63,941 nt of DNA, filler included, from Octopus bimaculoides (GCF_001194135.2; 5 parts of 4 records of this genome joined end to end with filler, not necessarily neighbours in it), one strand, 5' to 3'; positions 1 through 14,629 are shown, counted from the first letter of the whole stretch. Numbers and translations: made by a program. The notes: generated from the letters alone by a model not told the origin.

Positions 1-761
1 TATATATATATGCATATATTTATAATGTATATACATATATATACACATATAAATATGTGTGTGTGTATATATATATATATATATAATTAGAAACATAATA
101 TAGATACCTACATAGACGCATACACACACACAAACGCGTGCGCGCAGACACACACATATTTATATTTATGTATAAAGAATGATGTTTACTGTTAAATGCA
201 TATATACATACATATATATACAATGACATGCATATATAAACGAGTGTATGTAATAATTATGTATGTACATATATATGTGTGTGTAAATATGTATACACTT
301 ACGTATACACACATACATCTGTGTATATATGTGTGTATGTGTGATTATGTGAGCGCGTGTGTGTCTACATCCTCTTGAGCGTGCGCGCGTATATGTGTAT
401 GTGTAGTGGTGCGATGTTTGCTTACACATGTAAAATGTCTAGTTATATGATCCGGTACCTGAGGAAGCATAGCCCGGATATAGGACGTTGGAGGGTGTTC
501 ATGATGGGGATGTAAGGTGTATAAATAGCATATTTTGTTGTTGCGGCGGCGGCGGTGGTGGTAGTAGTTGTAGTAGGAATGGTTTTAGTGGCGGTGATAG
601 TTTGAGGCGATGGCTCCCTGTTGGTGTTGTAATGTTTTGTGGCAGTGTGCTGTGTATTGGTGTTTTTGTTATTTAACCATATGTAATAAGACATTCCAAC
701 AGTGAGCCTCCTGTCATTTTTATATGTGTATCAAACACAGGACCATATTATCTAACGCTTG

Positions 762-1064
762 AAAGCACATGGCTTAGTGGTTAAGGTATTTGGCTCACGA
801 TTGTTAGGTCGTGAGTTCGATTCCCGGCGGCGAGTTGTGTCTTGAGCAAGACGCTTTGTTTCACGTTGCTCCACTCCACTCTGCTGGCAAAAATGAATTG
901 CACCAGTAATTCAAAGGTCTAGCCTTGTGTCACACTGGCTCTCCCTGAGAACTACGTGAAGGGTGCGAGTGTTTGTGGAATACTCAGCCACATGCGCGTT
1001 AATTACACGAGCAGGCTGTTGATCGGATCAACTGGACTTCTCGTTGTCGTAACAGACGGAGTTC
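762..1064 (+). mobile_element. tRNA-derived SINE with CORE-like domain and RTE-type tail
   Basis: A/B boxes (TGGCTTAGTGG, GTTCGATTCCC), CORE-like TTGAGCAAGAC...CTGCTGGCAAAAATGA, and a tail (CTCAGCCAC...GATCGGATCAACTGG...GACGGAG) shared with 42765-43134. Confidence 0.8.
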
Positions 1065-1082
1065 TAATTTTTTTTATTGTCC

Positions 1083-1660
1083 AACGTGAGATTTGAGGGA
1101 GATTTGCTTGTTATTTCTAGCAAGCCGAGGGATCGCATCAAAGCTGGCTCACTTGTTGCATCATGGTGCTTTGTAATTCTTGTTCCTGTTAACCACAAAC
1201 CAATCCTGATTGAGCAGACCAATCTTCAAAAGACGTTTCAGCCATGGCCATCCCGACTTATTTGTATGTCTGCAATTATGTTGGCTAATATGCAATTATG
1301 TTGGCTAATATGCTCTTCTCTTTTAAGACGATAAACGAGGGATTTGAGGAAAATTTGGTTTCTGTGCTAGAACTTTGAGTGATCACGCGAAGGCTTCGTC
1401 GACGTGATTAATGATTATGATGAGTGACATGTATGATTGCGGGGAATTAGTGGCTGGTTATGACCGCGGCTGATGAAGGTGTTGGCGTTTTATTGCCGTT
1501 GGTAGTGTTAGTGGTAGTGGTAGTATAGCCATTTTTTCCTTTGATGTTTATACCCATATCAATCTTGATTGAGCAGATCAATGATCAAAATTAATCCATC
1601 CTTGACCATCTCACCTTTCTCTAATGTGCATGACCACATCATCCATCTGATGACCACCCT
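1083..1660 (-). repeat. Degenerate copies of an abundant dispersed repeat (GAAATAGCAGCCAAATCTCCCTCAAATC family)
   Basis: Reverse complements of motifs that recur on + at 3915-5290 (AAATAGCA..CAAATCTCC.TCAAA; CAGCGTACT; TGATCA...GGCTAAACAACAAC). Confidence 0.55.
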
Positions 1661-1667
1661 GCCTTTT

Positions 1668-2166
1668 TTTTAATTCTTTAGGATTCAGATTTTTCTGTCA
1701 AATGTAATACTTATTTATTCAAATTGTTTTGAATTAATCATGCATAATCGGCGGAATTCTGGTTTAAGCAACCCATATAAGCCCTCAACTTTTTTTTTAT
1801 TATTTGGAATTTTCAGAAAATGTTTGCAAATTTGTCTTTCTACACAGGGTAATTCATACATTATAAAAAAACTATCAAAAAATGTTTTTTTAATCCCTTC
1901 TGCCACCCACTAAAATCCTAAAAGTTGCACTATTTTTCGAATTTAAAAAAAAATCAGGGTCTAAAATACGGACAGTCTGAAGTTTTTGCTTAAATCCCAG
2001 CAATGGAACACCCTTGGGTGCATCATCATTCCATTAAATGTGTTTATGGGTAGGAAAATATTGAAAAACGTCAATACATGTCAGAGTGACAAAGAAACAA
2101 CGAAGGTAACAGGTGGTCGTGAGATGTATTAAAAATAACATCTGAATTACCCTTAAATCGCACACA

Positions 2167-2215
<49 letters not shown>

Positions 2216-2238
2216 NNNNNNNNNNACACACACACACA

Positions 2239-2274
<36 letters not shown>

Positions 2275-2558
2275 CACATACACACACACTCAGAATATTT
2301 TTATAATCGTATGAATTCCCATGTGTAGAACATATATTCGCAAAAAGTTTCTGAAAATTCCCCAAAAATAAAAATAATAAAACTGGTATGGTGTGCTGAA
2401 ACCAGAATCTTGTAGCTTCAAGATTAATATAACGTGATGGCTTATCTTTAGATTGACATTGTAGAATAGTCGTAAGAGGCCCGATCTGGCTGGCTTGAAC
2501 ATTAAGTAAGTAAAATATTTTGACTGGATTTGGTCGGTATAAATGCTAAAGGGTTGAA
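1668..2558. mobile_element. piggyBac-like MITE split by a nested TIR element
   Basis: Left end TTAATTCTTTAGGATTC and right end AATGCTAAAGGGTTGA are degenerate TTAA-CCCTTTAGCATT inverted termini. The internal sequence breaks at about 1750 and resumes at about 2409. Confidence 0.55.
1756..2408. mobile_element. Nested non-autonomous TIR element
   Basis: 22-bp imperfect TIRs: ATTCTGGTTTAAGCAACCCATA (1756-1777) and TATGGTGTGCTGAAACCAGAAT (2387-2408); contains an internal (CA)n. Confidence 0.5.
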
Positions 2559-2828
2559 ACAGCCGACCAAAATTTGAGGGAGAATAGGCTGTTATATCCA
2601 GAAGAATGAAAGATCATGCATCATAAACGCAACGTCTTTCTCGAAGTGTTGGTGTTAGGAATGGAGTTATTGCCGTTAGTGGTAGTGTTGTTAAGGTGTT
2701 GGTGCTGGTGGTGGTGGTGCTGGTGGTGTTGGCAGTAGAGTGGCAGTAGTGTTGTTAGTGGTATTGGTGGCGGTGCTATTAGTGGTGTTAACGATGTTAT
2801 TAGTGAGTAGTGTGAGGTGGTGTGCGCG

Positions 2829-2866
<38 letters not shown>

Positions 2867-3914
2867 TGTGTGTGTGTGTGTAAAAAAATACTAGCTTGTC
2901 TGCCCTTTGTTTTTTCACATTTCCGATCTTTGCGCCGAAAAAATGAATATAAAAGTAAAAATAAAATTGAAAATAAAAATAAAAAATAAAGATAAATAAA
3001 TAAAAGAAATAAAAATAAACAATAAAATGTTCTTCAGACATTTTTCACGTTAGTGTGATGCCAGCCGTTTTCTTGCCGACTTAACACCATAGTCTCCAAT
3101 TACGGAACAATTTGTACCGTATTTACTGACGTCACTAAGAAGCGAATATATTTATATCTTACATCTGATAAATCAATCAATTAAACACTTCATTAATTGG
3201 TTATTGATTATGCCAGAATTGATCAAAGAAATACCTTCCTATATATTTTACTTTCCCTCCCTGTCTGTCTGCATGCACACATATACATACATGAATACAC
3301 ACAAACACATACATGTATGTATATGTACATATATATACACATGTGCATGTATGTACGTACATATATATATGCATAAATGTATGTATATACATATATATGC
3401 ATAAATGTATGTATATACATATATATATATAAACACTCACTAACACACAAATATATATATATATTATATATATACGTATATATTTATGTATGATGTATAT
3501 ATGTATGTGTGTGTATGTATATATATGTGAATGTGTGAATTCATCAGCAAAATATAGTTGTAAAAAGCACACAGTACATAAAGAAATGCAGGAAACAACA
3601 GCAACGGCAACGGCACCTACAACATCAACAGAACGCAATCCCAGAATGCACCAGCGGCCGCTAATTGCGGGGAAAATCGAAGTTACATCTTAATGAATAA
3701 TACTATGCGGTTTTCGTGAAACTCCAGCATGACCGCAGCTCGGTGCTCACACTTCACCAAAATAAATAAATAAATAAATAAATAAATGAATGAATATATA
3801 AATATTGAACCTACGATAGCAGCAACCACAACAACAACAGTTAAAACAACAATGTTAAACACAACGATCACACTAACAGTAACAACACCATTGTGATTAA
3901 CAATAACAGCAGCG

Positions 3915-5290
3915 AGGGACCTTCTATGTGGTCAGTGGAAATAGTATAGCAGAAATAGTAGTCAAATCTTTCTTTCAGGTTACATTTTGATCTTTGAAGA
4001 ATAAAATGAAGGACACATTGAATTGTATTAGGGCATGTACACTTACAATACTAACAAGGAGGTACTTACACAGTCAGTCGCTTGATCTGTGAGAAATTGT
4101 AGACGAAAGTTCCCTCAAATCACTGCTTGCTCTCTTAAAGAAAGAGAGGAGGGACACATTGCGTAATACAGACCGAAATATATTCTGTCTTAAAAGAAAG
4201 ACTGGAGGGTTAATGCTGTAATCTATCAGAGCTGACTAAGGTTGGTTTAAACTTGGAAACGCGAGACAACGAAAGATCCTCTACCTGGTCTTCCTATCTG
4301 CAAGAAATGGTAATCAAATCTCCTCAAATTATACCGTACTGTCTTAGAAAAGGAATGAAATAGGGAAATATTGAGTAATATAGTCCGGTAAAGGCATTAC
4401 ATCGAAAAAGAAGATAGGATGGTCACAACTGGAATGTCAGGTTAATCAAGGCTGAACCAAAAACTATACTGTAATTTTTTTACTATAGGTACAAGGCCTC
4501 ACATTTAAGAGGGAGAATTCGACTAAACAACGACCCTTGCACTTAAATGGTACTTTATTTTATAGATCCCGGAGGTGGGTGAGGATTAAAGGCAAAGTCG
4601 ACCTCGGCTGGATTTGAACTCAGAACGTAAAAAGGGCAAGTAGAAATACAGAAAGACACTTTGTCCGACACTAACGATTTTGCTAATCCGCCACTACCTT
4701 AAGGAATTACAACAACAACAGCAACAACAACAACAACAACACCAACTACTACCTCTACTACTACTACTACTACTACTACAGATACTAACGGTTCCACCCC
4801 CAGCGACACCTCTACCTTGTCGCTCGGCCTGTTAGAAATAGCAATCAAAGCACCCTCAAGCCACCCACTTTGCTGTTATTTAAAATAAGGTAAGACTGCA
4901 TTAAATAACGTATTTTTAGACGGAATGGCCACGGTTGGAACGCCTTTGATTATGTGTCTGCTTTTTCGGGATTTATCTACTGCTCAACGACAATAACAAC
5001 AACATGAACAATAACAACGATTACGAGAAAGCCTGTGTGTGGTCGATCAGCGTACTAAAAATAGCAACCAAATAGTCAAACAGCAGCGAAATCTTCCTTG
5101 AATTGTACACCCGCCATCTTGAAAAAAAAAAAAACTAACCAAAAAAAAAATCAACAAATAAAAATAAAAACAATAAAGGAAGGACGCATTAGATAAAGAA
5201 GTTGTAGGAAGGAATGGAAACTGGTGGAATAGTCTGCCTTTGATCATTGGTCTATTTGATCAGGGATGAAATGAGACTAAACAGCAACAA
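3915..5290 (+). repeat. Cluster of 4-5 decayed copies of the (AAC)n-tailed dispersed repeat
   Basis: Recurrent GAAATAGCA..CAAA, GATGGTCAC..CTGGAATG and TGATCA...TAAACAACAAC motifs at about 3920, 4080, 4270, 4810 and 5040. Confidence 0.55.
4481..4694 (-). mobile_element. SINE group C (central GTCGACTTTGCCTTTCATCCTTTCGGGGTCGAT motif)
   Basis: Reverse complement aligns to the copies at 25641-25850 and 52005-52198. Confidence 0.75.
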
Positions 5291-6217
5291 CAACAACAAC
5301 TACAACTACAACATCAGTAACAACAATAACAACGACAAACGGCATTTTGTAAGTGAAACCCGGATATAAAAAGAGAAAAAGAAAAACAGAAAAAGGAGAG
5401 AAAACTACGAAAGAATAGAATGACGCAAAAAATATATATATATATATAAAAGGGGTATAAAAAAAAACAGAAAAGAAAAGAGAAACCTTCAGCAGTACGT
5501 CAAATGCGTAGCAATTGGATATTAATGTGAAATGATCGGTTTTCAGAATGACATTCGATCACCATACATAAGCACAAGGTCTCATATCGATAAAAGTAGG
5601 GATGACATAGTGGTGACGGGAAAGAGAGAGGGAAGGAGTGAGGTTGATCGACAAATGAGATCCACATGTGACCTACATGCATTTGTGTGGTTCTGTCTTT
5701 TTTTTTTCAAGGTCATTCGTGAAGCAAACTGCAGATCAATAGGATATGTCTTTTCACCTTGTTATCGATGTAGTTGCTTAGTTGCTTAGTCCTAGATCGG
5801 TGCTTCTCAACCATTTCTTTTTTTTATTCTTTTTACCTAAGGTCCCCTTTGTTTCCTATTTTATTTAGGTGGACCCTAATAGCCATTCGATGTTTAAAAA
5901 TCTTATTATATTTTTATGATTAAATATTATTAGGAATTGCACAAAAAAAAAATTGCTAAAATATTTTATGTATTGTAGAAANNNNNNNNNNNNNNNNNNN
6001 NNNNNNNNNNNNNNNNNNAAAAAGTCTCGGTAGATGTGCGGTAGACTTAATTCATCAAACATTTTAACACTGCCACCTGGTTCTTGGCTGCATTTAAAAG
6101 AGTCTATTCTGTTGCGGGTGTTCGGGTTAGTTCTTTGAGTTTATGGTAATTTTCTGGGGGTTTTTTACACGTCTCAGTGTTCGAAGAGCCTGAAACGAGT
6201 TCAAGAGACTAAGCGAC

Positions 6218-6270
<53 letters not shown>

Positions 6271-7151
6271 CAAGGACTCGTTATTCAATGTCCTTCAGTA
6301 TTCAAGATGAACAAGGTGTGATTTAAGGGATATTCGGTTGCAATTTTTAGGTTAAAAAATGGCAAAGAACCGTGGAACAGGAGTAGGGAACTTTCCCCAC
6401 TCTTTGAGCAAAATTTCGCCAGTATTCAAATCTGAAATTACTTCGCTGGTGAAGTTCTCAAAAGGCCAATATGTTTCGAATCGGCTTTAAGCATCAAAAA
6501 CAAAACAACAATTTAATACTTGTTGCTGTCAAACGCACCATAATGTATAAATAAAATAATCCTATTTAAGATTTGCCTTGTAATACTTACATGTATTCTT
6601 ATCTTGTGACAGCAATCATCAATGTTAAGGTGACAACAAATTTTACGATAGTATGGGAAGACGTAGCTTACTTTAAAATTGATGCATAGGACAAGCAACG
6701 AATAATTTTCTATTTTTGACGTCAGTAAGTGATTTCGATTAAATCTATGAAATACCTAAGAGCATCGTTACTGAAGCACCACAATCTATGGTAAGTTAAA
6801 ATATAAACAACAAAACAATTACAGCAACCCCAAATCTTGTTAGTTTATTCATAAAAGTATTTTCGAAACGTCAACTAAATTCTAATACGTTAATAATGTG
6901 TCATTCCGTTATTCAATGACAAAAATGTGTGCGTATTCTCTGGGAAATGAATAATGCAATGAAAGTGGTTAGAAAATGCACGAAGATCATAAAAATAAGG
7001 GATTGATCGGTGGAAAATTTAAAGTCAAATTGAAAGACTGTAATGTGTATCATGGTAACATGGTGATTCATACTGGCAATGGCGGAATCAGATCATTAAG
7101 TGTTTTTGTGAGTTGGAAGAATGAGAGATAAAATGAAACTATGTAAGCATG

Positions 7152-7182
<31 letters not shown>

Positions 7183-7184
<2 letters not shown>

Positions 7185-7292
7185 CATTGTTCGGTTTTAT
7201 TTCAAGATTTCTCGCCAATAGAGAAAGAGCCGGTTTCTAACCAAGATCCAAGGCTCCTTCACTGGAATCTCAACATCAACAACAATGTATTT
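7183..7292 (-). mobile_element. 3' end of a retroelement with an (ATAC)n tail (group D)
   Basis: Same roughly 110-bp sequence at 21565-21675 and partly at 47604-47662, each abutting (TATG)n; AATAAA on the minus strand in this copy. Confidence 0.65.
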
Positions 7293-7825
7293 TTGTCTGT
7301 CTTATGCTATTAATTCCAGGGTCCCATCTAGTGCTAAATAGATTTCCCAGGGGCAGAGGAGGCTTCTGTTGTTTTTAACAAAGCCGTGGGTGAAGGCAGT
7401 TCTTCTACGTGAACGATACTCTGACAAAACTTGCATTCAAAGCAGTACCACTCATCTAGAAATGCTTGTCACTGGAACCTACTATGGCAACGAAGAAAGT
7501 GGCAAAAGTACGGTAGAAGCTTTTGTCACTTAAATCCGATGACATAAGAGAAATTTCGTTATTACGTGACGGCCATCATCTGAAAGACGAGGCAATCATC
7601 ATCATATATGTAAGTACGTTGGTAGGCATGTGTGAATGTGTGTATGTATGTATGTAGGTTGGTAGGTAGGTAGGTATGTCTGCATGTGTGTATAAATCTA
7701 TGTATGAATGTATATATGTAAGTAGTTATGTGTGTATGTATGTGTGTATGTATGAGTAAATATATATGTATGTACGTACGTATGTACATGTATGTGTATG
7801 TATGTATATGTGTGTGCGTGTGTGC

Positions 7826-7871
<46 letters not shown>

Positions 7872-8117
7872 NNNNNNNNNNNNNNNNNNNNNNNNNNNNN
7901 NNNNNNNNNNNNNNNNNNNNNNNNNNNNNNNNNNNNNNNNNNNNNNNNNNNNNNNNNNNNNNNNNNNNNNNNNNNNNNNNNNNNNNNNNNNNNNNNNNNN
8001 NNNNNNNNNNNNNNNNNNNNNNNNNNNNNNNNNNNNNNNNNNNNNNNNNNNNNNNNNNNNNNNNNNNNNNNNNNNNNNNNNNNNNNNNNNNNNNNNNNNN
8101 NNNNNNNNNNNNNNNNN

Positions 8118-8168
<51 letters not shown>

Positions 8169-10010
8169 CATCTACGCACGCGCACACACACATATATACA
8201 TACATACATAATGCATTCACATACACGCATGTTTATACAAACATCCATCTACACACACACACACACAACACACACTATTAAAACAGGACCCACTGTAGAT
8301 GGCTATGTTTCAGTCTATGCAATATTTTCAAACGAGTTCGGTTGAAAGCTCAACTATGGCCATTGATAATGAATACCATTTATTTAAATTTTAATAAATA
8401 AATAATATTATTCTCGTCTGGTCTCTTTTATTGAAAGTTACGTCCAGTCGTTAAGTAGCTTTATAGTAGAATTTAATATAATACATAATATGACGTATTA
8501 TGATGTAGTATGATATAATATAATATAATCTGGTATAATATAAAATACATATACGGATAGATACATTAAACTTCTGTTAAATATGTTGATGCCATGGGTT
8601 GCTTTTCAGTAGATCTAAGTGTGGAGCGAAATATAGCTGTTAATATTCACATTTTGGTGTGCAGACGTACTTTCAACCGACTGGAAAATGTTTGCAGATC
8701 CGCTCTACTAGAAAAGACATTGAGGGTATTTTCGTGGTAATTTGACTGGGACTTCTGTATTATATAATAATTTACACTCTACCAGCGGCATTGAGTATTC
8801 TTTCTTCCGTTTGTCACAGCAAAAACTGTTCAATACAAACACACATGTAGACTGTGACTGGAATCCAAATAGTCTTGCTGCGACTACCTGAAGGTATTTC
8901 TGTTGATCGAGCAGCTGGAATACTCCAGATCGAAACCAGGAGATGAGTCATATATTTTTTATACGAGATAGTTATGGCAATTTATAAGAATGAGTAGCAG
9001 AAATAACCAGTGGCCACCATCTGTGGGAAAAGCAAATAGTTAAGTTGCTTCTATCAAACTTAATACCGTAGCATAACTTTTAAGTCATCGCGTCTCTTTA
9101 TATCTCTCAGTCATCGTAAAGTATGGCAAATATTACTAAAGACTATTCTTCGCTGAGGAAGTTTAATAAGATGGAAACAAGTAAAGAACTGTGTTACCCT
9201 ACTCACTAAATATCATATTCACTCTCCAATGCATGTCCATATTCGACTGCAATTAATTTTAATTTCAGAGTTGTCTACCTTGTCGACCAGAATTAAACAT
9301 TAATTTTAATATCCACTTCTGATTCTTCTTCGCACTACAGGAAGTTGTCTTATTATATGAGTTTTCTAAGCGCCGATGTAACTATTGCAATTTATTCCTG
9401 GGTTTAATAATATTTTCTCCTCTTAAGTGGGTTTTCTGAGGAAACTATATAGATTTATTTCGCTATGAAATGCAGGATAAATATCGTTGCTATATAGAGT
9501 TCATTAATGTTATTTTACCGTAATAGTGTGTTTTTTGCATTAGAAAACTTTTTTTATGTTTATGTTTACTGAATTCAGGTAAGCAGTTTCAGAAGCTTAA
9601 CGAGCTGGTTGATTGCAATATTAATGGACTATTTTAGTTTCTGAGATCATGTCTTGATATCTAAATTAGCATTTATCTAGTTTTTATCTTCGGATTAATT
9701 GCTAATGAGACTTTAATGTATATAATGTGCATCGTATTTCGATGTAATATCATAACAGTTGATATTTGTGTGGTATTGTTATGAATTTTCATTTAAGCAT
9801 ATTTGCTTAAAGAAGCAACTGGAGAATTTACGAGCCATCGAGAGACAACCTATAGGTGACCACTTGGACTTCTTGAAGGAACAATCAAACAATCCTAAAA
9901 TCAGATCCCAATGTCTTAAAAAGAGGAAATGATACGTTGAATAAAATGTGATATATAAAAATTGCAGAATTGTCACGGCTGAAAAACTTGTTATCTGGAC
10001 GTATCCGGGA

Positions 10011-10145
10011 CAGGTATGGCCATGTGGTTAAGAAGCGTGCCTCGCAGTTACGAGGTTTCAGTTTCGACTCCACTGCAGGGTACCTCGGAAAAATCTGTCT
10101 TGGGTCGACAAAAGCCACGTGAAAGAAATTTGGCACATGGAAACA
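10011..10145 (+). mobile_element. Degenerate SINE group B head
   Basis: TGGCCATGTGGTTAAGAAGC...GTTTCGACTCCACTGC...GGGTCGACAAAAGCC, similar to 47951-48103. Confidence 0.55.
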
Positions 10146-11739
10146 TCACCTTCTGATCATTGGGTGCCCCTTAGTGGAGCCAACAATTTTGTAAACATTC
10201 GGGTTCGGTCTTCGGTCAAGGGTTAACTTCTCGAAGGGTCTGAAAAGTGTTACAGTCACTCCTGCGATTAAGCCATTAAAAAAAAACAACCTTACGAGTA
10301 GCTACAACCTAAGACTATAAGAACGCTGCATCTTTTAACAGGGCTTTTTGGTGTGTACTACAATGCGAGGTACATTATCCAATAATCTACTCCTACAATT
10401 TTTTTAAAGAGACTAAGTATGCTTTGAGGTAGATTGCTGCTGTTTCTAGCAGGTTGAGACACGATAGCATAAAGGCACCTATGTTGATAGGTATTAGATG
10501 TTAGAAATGCTATAGACTTCAAATTGTCAAATATATCCCACCTCATTCGGGTCCTTTTTTGCATCACCTTCAACCCTTCCCGGCTCATACCATTTTGGGA
10601 ATGCCCCTAATTGCCGTACCTGTTGCAGTAGACAGCCACTAAGACAGAGGCGAACTAGAATGGCAAATAGCAATCAAATACGTAGAGAAGAAAATCCAAT
10701 CCCGGCAATTTTTTTTTCTTCGTGCATCTACTCAAAGTTTTTACAGCTTCATGTATGACTATTCGTTTTATCCAAGATCAGTTGGTTCGGCTTTCTGAGA
10801 TGAATTGACATTCCAACCCCAAAGTGCCGAAGGTGATGTTCTGTCCTAATCTGACAAAGGCATAGAAAATATCTTTTCACACAGCAACAAGTCTAACGGC
10901 TTCTGCACTTAAAATGGCTTTCTTTTCCACTGCTCAGTATCTAATTTCTACTGTCTTTCAAGTGAATTTACCGAGAGCGAAAAGACGAATGTATATGAAT
11001 TCGCCTTTTCGCTCTCGGAATATTCTCCTTGAAAGACAGCAGAATATATATATATATATATATATANNNNNNNNNNNNNNNNNNNNNNNNNNNNNNNNNN
11101 NNNNNNNNNNNNNNNNNNNNNNNNNNNNNNNNNNNNNNNNNNNNNNNNNNNNNNNNNNNNNNNNNNNNNNNNNNNNNNNNNNNNNNNNNNNNNNNNNNNN
11201 NNNNNNNNNNNNNNNNNNNNNNNNNNNNNNNNNNNNNNNNNNNNNNNNNNNNNNNNNNNNNNNNNNNNNNNNNNNNNNNNNNNNNNNNNNNNNNNNNNNN
11301 NNNNNNNNNNNNNNNNNNNNNNNNNNNNNNNNNNNNNNNNNNNNNNNNNNNNNNNNNNNNNNNNNNNNNNNNNNNNNNNNNNNNNNNNNNNNNNNNNNNN
11401 NNNNNNNNNNNNNNNNNNNNNNNNNNNNNNNNNNNNNNNNNNNNNNNNNNNNNNNNNNNNNNNNNNNNNNNNNNNNNNNNNNNNNNNNNNNNNNNNNNNN
11501 NNNNNNNNNNNNNNNNNNNNNNNNNNNNNNNNNNNNNNNNNNNNNNNNNNNNNNNNNNNNNNNNNNNNNNNNNNNNNNNNNNNNNNNNNNNNNNNNNNNN
11601 NNNNNNNNNNNNNNNNNNNNNNNNNNNNNNNNNNNNNNNNNNNNNNNNNNNNNNNNNNNNNNNNNNNNNNNNNNNNNNNNNNNNNNNNNNNNNNNNNNNN
11701 NNNNNAACGGCGGCGTAGGCAGGATGTGAAAAATATATA

Positions 11740-12135
11740 TATGAATAATATGAATGATGATGGTAATGATAATGATGATGATGATGAAGAGGAGGAGGAG
11801 GAGGAGGAGGTGGAGGAAGAGGAGGAGAAGAAGAAGAAGAAGGAGGAGGAGAAGAAGAAGAAGAATGAAGAATGAAGAAAGAAAACGAAGAAGATAGATG
11901 AATGAAGAAGCAAGAAAAGAAAGAAATAAAAGAAAAAGAAGGAGGAGAAGAAGAAGAAGAAGAAGAAGAAGAAGAAGAAGGAGGAGGAGGAGGAGAAGAA
12001 GAAGAAGAAGAAGAAGAAGAAGAAAAAGAAGAAGAAGAAAAAGAAGAAGAAGAAAAAGAAGAAGAAGGAGGAGGAGGTGGAGGAGGAGGAGAAGAAGGAG
12101 GAGAAGAAGAAGAAGAAGAAGAAGAAGAAGAAGCG
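11740..12135 (+). repeat. Compound (GAT)/(GAA)/(GGA) trinucleotide purine tract
   Basis: Direct reading; it explains the poly-E/R/L/S pseudo-ORFs. Confidence 0.95.
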
Positions 12136-12476
12136 ATAATGCTGTCACATTTCCTATAGTTGTGAGCTATCAAAAGAAAGAAACGATAATGATAATGATG
12201 GTGGTGATGATGATGATGATGATGATGATGATAAATGGTAATGATAGTGGTTTGGAAACTGATAATGATTGTGATTATGACGCTAACGATGGTGCTGCTG
12301 CTGCTGCTGCTGCTGCTACTGAGAGTGATGGTAATAATAAGGACGGTAATGATAAAGACACCAACATGCTGGAAGGAATATTATCAGCGACTCATTGCTT
12401 GCACGCACATAGACATGAAGACATGAAAGAACCCAAGATCTGTCTACCTGTCTGTCTGTCTGTGTGTCTGTCTATG

Positions 12477-12527
<51 letters not shown>

Positions 12528-13159
12528 ATATATATGTATGTATATATATATATATATGTATATGTATATATATGTATATATATATATATATATANNNNNN
12601 NNNNNNNNNNNNNNNNNNNNNNNNNNNNNNNNNNNNNNNNNNNNNNNNNNNNNNNNNNNNNNNNNNNNNNNNNNNNNNNNNNNNNNNNNNNNNNNNNNNN
12701 NNNNNNNNNNNNNNNNNNNNNNNNNNNNNNNNNNNNNNNNNNNNNNNNNNNNNNNNNNNNNNNNNNNNNNNNNNNNNNNNNNNNNNNNNNNNNNNNNNNN
12801 NNNNNNNNNNNNNNNNNNNNNNNNNNNNNNNNNNNNNNNNNNNNNNNNNNNNNNNNNNNNNNNNNNNNNNNNNNNNNNNNNNNNNNNNNNNNNNNNNNNN
12901 NNNNNNNNNNNNNNNNNNNNNNNNNNNNNNNNNNNNNNNNNNNNNNNNNNNNNNNNNNNNNNNNNNNNNNNNNNNNNNNNNNNNNNNNNNNNNNNNNNNN
13001 NNNNNNNNNNNNNNNNNNNNNNNNNNNNNNNNNNNNNNNNNNNNNNNNNNNNNNNNNNNNNNNNNNNNNNNNNNNNNNNNNNNNNNNNNNNNNNNNNNNN
13101 NNNNNNNNNNNNNNNNNNNNNNNNNNNNNNNNNNNNNNNNNNNNNNNNNNNNNNNNNNN

Positions 13160-13199
<40 letters not shown>

Positions 13200-14629
13200 A
13201 GGGCGAGAGAGAGTCGGAGGGCGAGAGAGAGGGAGGGAGATAAGGTGAGATAGGAAAACTTATATATTCTTCAGTCCATCAGAAGTTTCCAAGGTAACGT
13301 TCGAATACTCTTGCCCACAAGATGAATAGTTACTTGTAACTTTTGTATTTTCAAAGGTTACACGAGACCATAACACAACTATACGAATGCAAATCTCTTA
13401 GCGTGTGTGTGTGTGCCCCCCCCCCCACACACACATGACTATATACCTCTGTATTCCACATACACGCAAACACTCGTAAACTTTGATTCAAAGGTCATAT
13501 AACAACGTGATACCTGGATGTATGCATATTGAATGTATATCATGTCTGAGTGNNNNNNNNNNNNNNNNNNNNNNNNNNNNNNNNNNNNNNNNNNNNNNNN
13601 NNNNNNNNNNNNNNNNNNNNNNNNNNNNNNNNNNNNNNNNNNNNNNNNNNNNNNNNNNNNNNNNNNNNNNNNNNNNNNNNNNNNNNNNNNNNNNNNNNNN
13701 NNNNNNNNNNNNNNNNNNNNNNNNNNNNNNNNNNNNNNNNNNNNNNNNNNNNNNNNNNNNNNNNNNNNNNNNNNNNNNNNNNNNNNNNNNNNNNNNNNNN
13801 NNNNATATATGCATCTATGCATGTATGTATAATGTATATCAAATAATTTAGAGAGGTCAATGCCAGCTTTAATGTTGGCAGGAGAATGAAATTAAAGCCT
13901 GCGGTACAAAATGCTGTAAATAATATTTTTTTTAATTGCACAAGACAAAAAAAGCAAAAAAGCAAAAAAAAAAAAAGAAAAAAGAAAAAGAAAAGAAAAA
14001 ATCTAGAAGCAAGAAACTCTGAAATAAGAGGGGGGAAATGCTAAGAGAAATAACGATTGGGTCTTTGCATGCGAGGGAGAATTATGGACCTAAGTTTTGA
14101 TGAGAAAAGTCGAGTGGATTGATAATGATGATAATAATGGGGTTTTAATATTTATTGTTAAATGTGAGGATATTTATATTCGAAGAACATTCGTATCTTA
14201 TATGCAAGGAAGTTAAAGACAGCAGATAGGAAATAATCAACGGAGACAGGAAACAATCAGCGGAATTTAGCTAATTAATTACAATCATGTCAGTTGTAGA
14301 AATATACGCTTATAATCCACCATCCATCCATCCATCCATCCATCCATCAGTCCGTACGTCCGTCTGTTCGTCAGTCCCTACATTTGTGTATTTAGAAATT
14401 ATAGTGAAACTTTAATCTCCATATGCTGTTATAATATAAGGGTCATATACTCTTTTCGATTATGTGTGTTAAAATAATATATTATTTGCAAAATGCTCTA
14501 TATGAAACAGTGAGTTGAAACTGTTGTATCTATTTCAATAATAATAATAATAATAAAAATAGTAGTAGTAGTAGTAGTAGTAGTAATGCTGTAAAATGTT
14601 GTTATAATAATAATAAAAATGCATGTAAA

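Noticed and set aside
5807-5990. hAT MITE starting CGGTGCTTCTCAACC
   Set aside because: Only one terminus is visible; a gap interrupts it and no matching TIR or TSD was found.
10914-13253. Long ORFs of 270-450 aa (poly-R/E/L/S, runs of X)
   Set aside because: Made of (GAA/GGA)n repeats, (TA)n and N gaps that contain no stop codons; no domain content.
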